Below, one piece after another: positions 26,301-38,300 of a DNA stretch of 64,000 nt (within the stretch, counting starts at the first letter, position 1; each line of letters opens with the position of its first letter). The stretch lies in the NCBI GenBank assembly GCA_002633005.1, contig NMRA01000017.1, positions 454,260 through 518,259 on the forward strand, read 5' to 3'. Made by a program: the position numbers and the translations under genes. Source of the stretch: Phoronis australis. Lineage: Eukaryota > Animalia > Phoronida. The notes beneath the pieces are model-generated. The model ran no database searches. It saw only the letters and a list, made by a program, of their open reading frames with translations, and was not told the DNA's origin.

Positions 26301-29300
26301 GTGAATTGCAGTCACATACCGCTGGGTCAAGTCTCACTGAAATCTCTCAATCGGTTCTGTAGACATCATTTGGATGTAATCTCCCAAAATACTGAAAGTC
26401 CCTTGTTGAGACCAAAATGGGCACTGGGGGTGTTGTAGGATTGCCATAAGATTGCTTCATGTTCCATCCAAATCCATCAATCATTTCTCTAGGTACATCA
26501 GGAAATGCTCTTCCCACACACCACAGACCAGGGGCCAGACTGAGAAGAGGCCCTTCATTCTTGAGCCAAATTTCATCAAGATCTGGCTAGCACTGTTTGG
26601 GATACTGAGCGGACGCCCGGACAGGATGATGACAATATGCAACCACATATTAACATATGGTTGCATAAAAGATAACAATTTCGCATACCATGGGTTCAGG
26701 ACAACATCCCCAACTGCCATCAAGCATTTTACAACAGGTGTTGCCAGATGGACAACTAGTGGTGGCGTCACATTGGATATCAGTGTCTTTCTTGATGGCA
26801 GGCATTTTACGCAGCAATGGAACACTTCCACGTGAAGACAGGCACGTTCCTTGACTGACATCACAAGTAGTACCCTGAGGACAGCAATGAATGTGGTCAG
26901 AGCAGCACACAGCCTACAAAAGGAAAGTAACAGATAAAAAGTCCATATTAATAAGAAATAGATAGCTGAATATTAGATGAATTTGTACACTCTGTGCATG
27001 AATTTAAGCAGTTCATTGCAACAACATAAAGAATAAAGATTAAGTCATTTCTTGAAGTATGTAACATTGCTGAAGAACTCGACAAAATAGCACCCAGGAC
27101 GATGAATCAATTGATAACAGAAGTGGTTCTCAAAACGTTATTGACAAAATAAAGAAATTTCTTTCCAGTTTTACATACCATGGGTTCAGGACAACATCCC
27201 CAACTGCCATCCAGTAATTTACAACAGGTGTTCCCAGATGGACAACTAGTGGTGGCGTCACATTGGATGTCATTAGTGTCTTTCCTGATGGCAGGCATTT
27301 TACGTAGCCACGGAACACTTCCAGGTGCAGACAGACACGTCCCTTCAATAACATCACAAGTAGTACCGTGAGGACAGCAATGAACATTGTCAGAACAGCA
27401 CACAGCCTGGAAAAGGAAAGACAAATATTAAGTTTTTACACTAGTGAAGAACAAACAGACAGCTGGATAAAATTCTTAAGTTTTAAGAATTTAAGGTAAT
27501 TGTAAATCTTTGTGGACATGTTTTCTTAATGGAACAACTTCATGAAGGCTTAAAAATACCAAGGATACTGAAGAAAATCAAGTGTACTAATTATTAAAGG
27601 GAATGCTATGGAAATACTAGCATCTTTGCATCTCTTAAAAGGACAAAGAATGAACGCTGCACTTTCACGCACCATGGGCACAGGACAACATCCCCAACTG
27701 CCATCAAGCAATTTACAACAAGTGCTGCCAGATGGACAACTAGTTGTGGCGTCACATTGGATATCAGTGTCTTTCTTGATGGCAGGCATTTTACGCAGCC
27801 ACGGAACACTTCCACGAGAAGAAAGACACGTTCCTTGACTGACATCACATGTAGTACCCTGAGGACAGCAATGAAGATGGTCAGAGCAGCACACAGCCTG
27901 GAAAAGGAAAGACAAATATTACGTTTCTTCATTAGTGAAGAACAAACATGCAGATGGTCAAATGCTGCAGTGTTGAGGATTTAAGATAATTGTCAGGTGT
28001 AACCATGCAGTAGCCATAGATGCTGAATTTGAGCTCTGGCTTTGAATTATGGTGCGACTATATCTTTGGAACAACATGATTGCATAGTTCAAATTCAAAG
28101 TAGATTGTCATTTAACAGATTATAAGAAATCCTTGTTCAACACAAAAATAAGTGTTTCACGTAAAGGTGGTCATGAAACAATGAATGATTGTGTAAATGA
28201 TTGCTAAAGAAATGATTTCTGATTTTTCAGTAATTGAAGTACCAGAAAATTGTTAAATACATTTACGGGATTCTGAAGGACTGGTGAAACAATTAGAGCA
28301 TGGAACAAGTTCAGCAAGGCTGAAAATTACCGAGCATAGTGTCTACTAAGTACTACGACAGTAAGTTGAATTGAAAATTGGCTGCTGACAACAAAGCTAT
28401 ATGGAAATACTTGTGACTATTAAGAAGACAAGGAATGAACACTGCACTTTCACGCACCATTGGCTCAGGACAACATCCCCAACTGCCATCAAGCATTTTA
28501 CAACAGGTGTTGCCAGACGGACAACCAGTGGTGGCGTCACACTGGATGTCATTAGTGTTTTTCTTGATGGCAGGTATTTTACGCAGCCATGGAACACTTC
28601 CACGTGCAGACAGACATGTCCCTTGACTGACATCACACGTAGTACCATGAGGACAGCAATGAACATGGTCAGAGCAGCACACAGCCTGGAAAAGGAAAGG
28701 AAAACATTAAGTTTCTACATTAGTGAAGAACAAACATACAATTGGTTAAAATGCTGAAGTTTTAAGGATTTAAGATATTGTAAACCTTTGTGGACATGTT
28801 TTCTTCATGGAACAACTGCACGAAGGTTTAAAATTACCAATGATACAGAAGAAAAATATGTTTTTGCAGTAAGTCAAACTGAAAATAGGCCATTAACAAC
28901 ACAGCTAGGAAATGCTAGGGAACTAAGTATCTTTGTGTCTCGTAAAAAGACAAAGAATGGATGTCGTAGTTTCACGCACCATTGGTTGAGGACAACATCC
29001 CCAACTGCCACCAAGCAGTTTACAACAGGTGTTGCCAGACGGACAACTAGTGGTGGCATCACATTGGATATCAGTGTCTTTCTTGATGGCAGGCATTTTA
29101 CGCAGCCATGGAACACTTCCACGTGCAGACAGACACGTCCCTTGACTGACATCACATGTAGTTCCGTGAGGACAGCAATGAACATGGTCAGAGCAGCATA
29201 CAGCCTGTAAAAGGAAAGAAAAATATTAAGTTTCTACATTTATTTAGTGAAGAACAAACAGAGAATTGGTTAAAATGCTGAAGTTTTAAGGATTTAAGAT

Positions 29301-32300
29301 ATTGTAAACCTTTGTGGACATGTTNGTTTTCATCATGTTTAACAAAGAAATAAAAAATCTGTGTTACAAGCTACACAGCATTGGCAGGTTTGGCTACTTT
29401 TTTCACAAAGAACAATAAAACAAGATTTTCCGCTTACAAAGACAAAAATTATTTAACGGAGAACAGTATTCTTTGGAATCTGCTCAAAACTGGTAGGCTA
29501 ACCACTATCATTTACAAAATGGATTTGCCACTAAGGCATGCTGTAGTAGTCGAATCCACCCAAAAATGGAATGCTGGCGGCGCATTGCAGTCAGATACGT
29601 CTGTGTCAAAGTTTCGTTGAAATTTGTCAAACATAGAATATCTTTACACCACCAGAAAACGTTCTTCCCAAAAAATACTGAAAAAGCCTCTTGTCAAGAC
29701 CGAATTGGCCACTAGTTAGTGCTGAATTTGCCAAATCCGTCCAAAAATCTACTGGTTCTGGTGAATTGCAGTCACATACCGCTGGGTCAAGTCTCACTGA
29801 AATCTCTCAATCGGTTCTGTAGACATCATTTGGATGTAATCTCCCAAAATACTGAAAGTCCCTTGTTGAGACCAAAATGGGCACTGGGGGTGCTGTAGTG
29901 GTTGAACTCGACTGGTGCTGGAGGATTGCCATAAGATTGCTTCATGTTCCATCCAAATCCATCAATCATTTCTCTAGGTACATCAGGAAATGCTCTTCCC
30001 ACACACCACAGACCAGGGGCCAAACTGAGAAGAGGGCCTTCATTCTTGAGCCAAATTTCACCAAGATCTGGCTAGCACTGTTTGGGATATTGAGCGGACA
30101 CCCGGACAGGATGATGACAATATGCGACCACATATTAACATATGGTTGCATAAAAGATAACAATTTCGCATACCATGGGTTCAGGACAACATCCCCAACT
30201 GCCATCAAGCATTTTACAACAGGTGTTGCCAGATGGACAACTAGTGGTGGCATCACATTGGATATCAGTGTCTTTCTTGATGGCAGGCATTTTACGCAGC
30301 AATGGAACACTTCCACGTGCAGACAGACACGTCCCTTGACTGACATCACACGTAGTTCCGTGAGGACAGCAATGAACATGGTCAGAGCAGCATACAGCCT
30401 GTAAAAGGAAAGAAAAATATTAAGTTTCTACATTTATTTAGTGAAGAACAAACAGACAGTTGGTTAAAATGCTGAAGTTTTAAGGATTTAAGATATTGTA
30501 AACCTTTGTGGACATGTTCTCTTCATAGAACAACTGCACGACGGTTTAAAATTACCAACGATACAGAAGAAAAATATGTTTTTGCAGTAAGTCAAACTGA
30601 AAATAGGCCATTAACAACACAGCACAGCTCGGAAATGCTAGAGAAATACTAGTATCCTTGTGTCTCTTAAAAAGACAAAGAATGGATGTCGCAGTTTCAC
30701 GCACCATGGGTTGAGGACAACATCCCCAACTGCCATCAAGCAGTTTACAACAGGTGTTCCCAGATGGACAACTAGTGGTGGCGTCACACTGGATGTCATT
30801 AGTGTCTTTCTTGATGGTAGGCATTTTATGCAGCCATGGAACACTTCCACCTGCAGACAGACACGTCCCTTGACTGACATCACACGTAGTACCGTGAGGA
30901 CAGCAATGAACATGGTCAGAGCAGCACACAGCCTGGAAAAAGAAAGAAAATTATTAAGTTTCTACATTAGTGAAAAACAAACAGACAGTTGGTTAAAATG
31001 CTGACATTTTAAGGATTTAAGATATTGTCAACCTTTGTGGACATGTTTTCTTCATGGAACAACTTCACAAAGGTTTAAAATTACCAACGATACAGAAGAA
31101 AAATATGTTTTCGCATTAAGTCAAACTGAAAATAGGCCATTAACATGACAGCTAGGAAACGCTAGGGAAATACTAGCGTCTTTGTGTCTCCTAAAAAGAC
31201 AAAGAATGGATGTCGTAGGTTCACGCACCATGGGTTGAGGACAACATCCCCAACTGCCATCAAGCAATTTACAACAAGTGCTGCCAGATGGACAACTAGT
31301 GGTGGCGTCACATTGGACATCAGTGTCTTTCTTGATGGCAGGCATTTTACGCAGCCATGGAACACTTCCACGTGAAGACAGACACGTTCCTTGACTGACA
31401 TCACAAGTAGTACCCTGAGGACAGCAATGAATGTGGTCAGAGCAACACACAGCCTGGAAGAGGAAAGTAACAGATAATAAGTCCATACTAATGAGAAATA
31501 AGACAGTTGAATATTTGATGAATTTGTACACTCTGTGCATCATTTTAAGCAGCTCATTGTAACAACATAAATAAAGACAAAGTCATTTCTTGGAGTTTGT
31601 AACATAGCTAAAGAACTTGACAAAATGGCACTCAAAATGATGAAGCAATTGTTGACAGGAGTGGTTCTCAAAATGTTATCAACAAAATAAAGAAATTTCT
31701 TTTCAGTTTTACATACCATGGGTTGAGGACAACATCCCCAACTGCCATCCACTAATTTACAACAGGTGTTGCCAGACGGACAACTGGTGGTGGCGTCACA
31801 CTGGATGTCATTAGTGTCTTTCCTGATGGCAGGCATTTTACGTTGCCATGGAACACTTCCATGTGCACCCAGACACGATCCTCGACTAACATCACACGTA
31901 GTACCATGAGGACAGCAATGAACATGGTCAGAGCAGCACACAGCCTAGAAATTAGTACTTCGGGTGAATTTTCATCTATTAGACAATGTTACACTGCATC
32001 CAATCAACCACAGGGTGGAACTGCTACACAATCAATCATTCCTGAGTGACTGAATGATGGAACTATGCTTTAAGTGACATGTATTGCATTTCCTTGACAT
32101 GGACTTAACAGCTCAGTGGTGAGAGTGCTTGGCTAGTGTTCAGGAGATCCTGGGTTAGATTCCTAAGTCAGGACAGCTGAGGTTTTTCAAAGTGGTAAAT
32201 GAAGGTTAATATTTAATTAGTCAAAAAAAACTACAGGAACAGCATAACATGTAAACACAAGACACTACTTGGGCACAAAAACACTAGTGATCACATGACT

Positions 32301-35300
32301 TCGACCAACCCCAAACTTCTAAAGGTGAAATTACAACTAGCAGAGATTTGATTACTTAAATTACTCTCATACAAAGGTAGCCACTAAGAGAAACCTGGAA
32401 AGTAATTGATTGCATTTTGACCAAAAATGTCAGGCAATGAAGAGAGAGATGAATATTGCAGCCTCACGCACCTTAGGCGCAGGACAACAGGCCCAACTGC
32501 CATCAGCCATCTTACAGCAGGTGTTACCAGACGGACAACTACTTGAGGCATCACACCTGACGTCGTCTGCCTCTACCTTGACACTCCACTTTAACTGAAA
32601 CATCATTGAAAGCCAGTGGTTAAATTTCAATAACATTAATGACTTTCATACCTTTCTTAACAAATATCAGTAACACAGATATATATTGGAATTCAAACCG
32701 CCATTATAGAAAAACTCCTTGCTGAGACCATGTTCAGGTGAGGTAAATCCCTGTGTTCAGACAGGAAGTCGGGTGAAGCACAAGGTACTGTGAAAGACGG
32801 ACGTTATTACAAAACAGTAATAACTATATGTTCTCACTGGATGAGAAGAGATATTTTTTCCTTGACCTCTGAAATCAAACTTTTGCCATATGTGAGCATG
32901 AAACTGCCACTTGAGTCTATGAACTGTGACTTGTCACTGAATGTGATTTTGCATTTTAAGCTGCTGTGAAATGTGAAATTCAGAAGCCTGAAAAAAACCA
33001 TGAATGAAGGTGGTGGAAGGAGCTGGAGGTAACCTGGGGAGATTTAATAACAACCAACAAAAGAACGGCAATTTACCATGATCCAGGAAACTCAAAACCA
33101 CCACAACCCCCCTTCAGCTCTCCCCAAAAACTACCTTTGAGATTACCCATTAATAACTGACATTTATAAGTACTCAAAACATTACTGGCAAAATACCATA
33201 GATGGTTCTTCCCAAAATGTCATCTCCACCCCATACAATACTTCGAAGAGATCAGAAAAGTTTTAAAGCATTACATCACCTGTTAAGCACCTCACTTTAG
33301 TGTATGCTTTTGAAATTATTGATAATTATGAAGACCACATGATACCTGTATATGACGCTTCAACAGCAATTGTTCAAAAAAGGAGAATGATGAGGTCAAC
33401 ATAATGCAAGACTCTGTGATCAAGAACAAGTAGCTGATCTCACTAGAGAAACACTAAAATGGCCGCCACTGACAATGACATAGCGGCAGTTCACGAGTTT
33501 TGATAAACAATCAACAGCGTGCATGAAGTGCTATGCCAATAGGCAGCATTGGTACTACTATTCGGCAAGAGACTAGAAATGCTAGATGCAACCAAAGAAC
33601 AACACTACATTAAATGACAGGCAAAGTACACATTTAATACCCTGCCAGGTTCAATACTTCCTATGAATACCAAGAGAAATCAACTTACAACTTATAATAC
33701 CTCTCGACAATTCCACTTCCAGTAAGGCATTTGATAAGAAACAACAAGGAAGCCCAGGGCAAGCAAGCTTAGGAAGCCCAGGGCAAGCAAGCTTAGGAAG
33801 CCCAGGGCAAGCAAGCTTAGGAAGCCCAGGGCAAGCAAGCTTAGGAAGCCCAGGGCAAGCAAGCTTAGGAAGCCCAGGGCAAGCAAGCTTAGGAAGCCCA
33901 GGGCAAGCAAGGTTCATGGTGACCTCCTTCCAGGTGGAAAGTTTTCAATGACAATACACGTCAATAGTGACTGGACAAACTCTCATTCGCAATTACGGCC
34001 GTTACGTCTGCTTGCAACACAGTACGAGTCATTCCTACCATAATCCTGTCTAGTAAACCTCTCATACATGTTGACATTTTCCATCATTCCTGGTCATTAC
34101 AAACAGGTGCCACATCAGTTAATTCCATAGGAATTCTGGGTATTTTGTCTCACTGATGACAGTTATTGTACACTGCATATACTAAAGGCTATCAAGACAA
34201 ACTCTCATCATGAAAATGACTCAGGCTGCACTTACATTTGTAGACCGCTTGTGTCTTGCTGGTTCCTTCCTTACTGCAACTGAGGTTTTCCCGTCAGCAT
34301 GGCATATACCTTGATTGCACACACTACCCTCCTGGCAACAGTGCAAGTGGTCATCACAGCAGACCGCCTAGTGTGCATAGAATAAAATCATAATTTCAAT
34401 ACCCACCTAATACAGCAGTGGACAGCTCACAAGGGAAAAAGTGCAGTATGAACCAGGAAAAGTGGCAAAGTGTAAATGATGTACTTGGAGTTGACACATT
34501 TATTAGAGTTAATCAAGGGCAAGAGTTTCAGACTGGCAAGCCAGTGAACTGCAAGTCTGTTTCAGCAAAATCGTAACAAACTTCATCTATGTGCACCCTG
34601 GAGTGAACACCATGTTCAGCCAGTAAGCCAGTTTTCACAAACCTTTAAAAAGCAAAATCCACTTCCCAAAAGCAATTCATCAAACTGCAACTACAATATG
34701 CTTGCGTTGCTATGGTAACATTAAACTTCTGACAGATAGACACCTGAAGCACTGCAGACATCGATAAAATAAATTAACGTGTAAAATATTTTTCAGTTGA
34801 CAAACTTTTAATTAGTTTACAAAATAGTCCTGAGTAATTATCCATCATAAATTAAAATTGGCAGCAAGAAAACATTTCAGACCATGATAATGCAAGACAA
34901 GGACTGGGGTTTGTTTATGGAGTCTTCAACACAGCGGCTACAGATGACCTTAAGCACTGACATGGATTAGACACTACGACTACCAATGCATGTGACTGTG
35001 GTGTTGTGAACATCAAAAGCTCCTTATGATCAATATCCACCACAACAGACAGCGCAACATGAAGAGCTGTCAGTTTGAGAATACTCAGCTAGAGCTTTGA
35101 ATTCCCAAAATGTGCACAATTCATTATCTATGACTAACGTACAATTGACTTAATTATGCAATAGTGCACTAGCATCCTATGTTTTATTTACATCTTGCAC
35201 GCAATGTTGCCGGTTTAATGTGCAACTCCCTCTACATTTAATAACCTGATTCAGTGGAACAGGGTAAATTCCCACCTCAATGTTTCACAAAATTTGCAAC

Positions 35301-38300
35301 TCAATCCCACCTGATAATCAGTATACAAGTTCTTTGAGTTCAAATTCAAATTAGCAGTTTTGCATATTCATTTGCGCCCTCACAAAGTATGTACTGGCCA
35401 CAAAATATAAGGTAACAACATGCATCTCATAAGAAGTATAAGGCAAAAACATGCATCTCATAAGAAGTATAAGGTAACAACATGCATCTCATTAGAAGTA
35501 TAAGGTAACAACATGCATCTCATAAGAAGTATAAGGTAACAACATGCATCTCATTAGAAGTATAAGGTAACAACATGCATCTCATAAGAAGTATAAGGCA
35601 ACAACATGCATCTCATAAGAAGTATAAGGCAACAACATGCACCTCATAAGAACTTTAAAAAGAGAGCACGAATATCAAAGCTAAGTAAACGTGGGAGTTC
35701 TAAGATCAGATTACTGGCACAACTGTTGATAATCCCATCAATGGTGTTTGTGTTCTCAGTGATTGCCTATTGTATGTCAAGATCACTATACAACATACTA
35801 ACATTTTCAAATGGACAGCATCCCCAGTTACCATCAGTCATTTTGCAGCAGGTCATCTGTGATGGGCAGTAGGCAGTGGCGTTACATTGCACTACATTCA
35901 CAGACGCAATTGACTCCATTTTCAGCCCTTGTTGACTGCCACTACGTGATGTGTGGGACTACAATAATGAACAGATGATTATATTCATGAGGTGGTAACA
36001 GTTGAGGCACAGATACATGCATGTTTACTGCTTCATGATATTCACTACGTGCACACTTTGATGGTCCTGAAAAATGATTGTTGTGCATAGTTGTTAAGGA
36101 CACAATGCCTCATTTTAGCATCAAATTTAACAACACAAACGTGAAAGCGCGAGTGTTCAAAACATGCAGAACTACTTGTAGTTTGGACGCAACACCTCAT
36201 TTTCAAGCACAATGGCGAATTCATGCAAGTAGTGAACAATGTGCAAGATGACGCCAAAATAATTAAGTGATTATGTGAATGCCCAATTAGACTGTAATTT
36301 TAAAATGTTCATAAATTTGCCATAACAAAAATTTCAACAAAATGATCTTTGCAGCCTGGCTGCATCTTTAGTACAGAGCAGTACGCCCCTTTTATTGACA
36401 AAAAACTGAGTTTTTATCTACACTACATCCCTTTATATCATTGTTTAGGCCAGGAATTCGAAAGAACTGCATTTTATTGTCATAAAATCAACTAATATTG
36501 TGTCTTGAGTGATGAAAAAATGCTGATACAGAATTTGGCTATATAAACCGCCTATTTCAGAAACGGGTTCCACTTGTTGCCATGGATTAATATCAATTAT
36601 TTTCTGGAAATATTCAATTCTTCAATTTATCTAGTTCTCATTACATTGGCATTTCATGATTAACTTTTAACGAATCATTATGACACAATGACCATAATCT
36701 CCACACTGGTACCTGTTCTATACCACACGTCTTCAAAGCGTCAGGTGATGACCATTGCTCCACGGCAGTGCCACCCCAAACAGACTCCACCAGCCCTATA
36801 GGATACTTCAGCTGGTTGTACAAGTACCGGCCGTACAACCAACAAACAGCAGAGAAGTAAGACCACTTTGCAGCGGGCGCCACAGCAGCTGAAATAACAG
36901 ATTGAAAAAACCGCATTAGAAAAAATTTACACCCAACACAAAATACCACAGGCACCTATCCGAGATGAATATGTAGATCCATAAAATATTTCAGTTTTTG
37001 TACATTTTCAGTAGGGATGCCCTAATATTTGGTTCAAAACATCCATTTTACAATTCAAAAACACTTTTATATTTTGTAAAATTACAAGTAAAGTATTTTC
37101 AGTCGCGCTATTATACTGTCAGTCACACATGGGGAAACAAACTTACAAAATTTTAACTTATACCTCACTGGTCTGATGACAACTTTTGGGGTCTAAAAAT
37201 TGTTCAAATAACTCAGCAGTTATATCAATTAATAACTGTAAAAGAGTGAATGGAAACCCAGCAATACAATCAAGAATTTATTTTGTTAAAAACTGAAATC
37301 AAAAAGAGGTAAATTTAGTTTCTGCAGCAGAAAGCAAGATACTAAAATTTTAACACGTTTTAAAAACTGCACTAAGTTCACATCAACAGGTACATTTTAT
37401 GAAACTGGACGCTGAGGGCACTCACCTTTAGAGGAAACAGACCACCTCTCATCAATCTTTGATAAGTCAAGCAAGGGGATTTCTGATGTGACCTCTGTAG
37501 TTTTGAACAAACGAATGTTGGGATAGTTGTCGGCAGTGGCAATTTCTGCAGTGGCATTGGCCAACTGAAATTTTTGAAAAGTGTAACTTTTGAAGCAAAC
37601 TCATACAAGCCTTTGACTTCTAATGAACTCAGATAGAAATACAAGGCATTCTTTTTTACTATCACACATAAAGTTGTGGGCTGAAGCAATCAACAAAACA
37701 TCCCACTCCCAGGGCTTGGAATGACCAATGACGAAAAACGCGGAAACTTTTACGGCCCAAATCATGCGCGCTACCCAGCCTTGAAGTGATCGGTGTGAAC
37801 CTTTCCCCGACAAAAATTGGGAGGATTAAAAAAATATAAAAAAATGTTACCACCATCAGTAGCATGCGTCTGCGTCCTTTTCGGTCGTCCATCCACTCCG
37901 AACCCACACATTTTTGGCTGCAGAGCCGTAGTATTTGTCGCCGTGGTTTACAATAACACGAGTCGCCATTGAAAATCCCACCACGCTATCCCAGATGCCC
38001 AGGCAATGTTGACAATTTACGTTCCTCCGAAACATAAAGAGCAACTTCCGCTTTTCGAGGTGAACGTAGTCTGCAACGCCGCGGTAAGAAAGGAATTTGC
38101 CGCAGAAATTTTATATCAAATCTGATTTTTTTTTACACGGAAATATAATAAATTGCGCGGACAGAACATTTGAAAAAAGCGGAAATCCGCGTTAAATTCC
38201 AAGCCCTGCACTCCGCCCAACATGACCACAGTTTGCCCAGGTCACACCTAATCCTGAATTAAAAAGAACTCTCTGATACAAAACGCAACGTCTGATATCT

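Larger units (their letters stand above)
25890..30315. repeat. Near-identical ~0.95-kb duplicate (25890-~26830 vs 29326-~30315) starting at a single-N join
   Basis: Identical ORF-track entries at 25945 and 29381; copies differ by short indels; N at 29325. Confidence 0.9.

Noticed and set aside
26452-31404. Overlapping alternative-frame and antisense ORFs (MFIAVL..., TTSPTAIK...)
   Set aside because: Shadow frames of the repeated granulin exons.
32101-32175. Functional tRNA genes here, at 42219 and at 59665-59737
   Set aside because: A and B boxes are present but acceptor and anticodon stems do not pair; treated as SINE heads.
33651-33917. (LACPGLPK)n and (LLALGFLS)n ORFs inside the granulin region
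   Set aside because: Translation of a 24-bp tandem repeat; no convincing splice sites.
25325-35958. Independent progranulin gene nested in an SIAE intron
   Set aside because: I found no signal-peptide exon in the 754-bp intron upstream of 35958. The first exon starts at a phase-0 acceptor and the last has a phase-0 donor matching SIAE. Disfavoured, but not excluded without transcripts.
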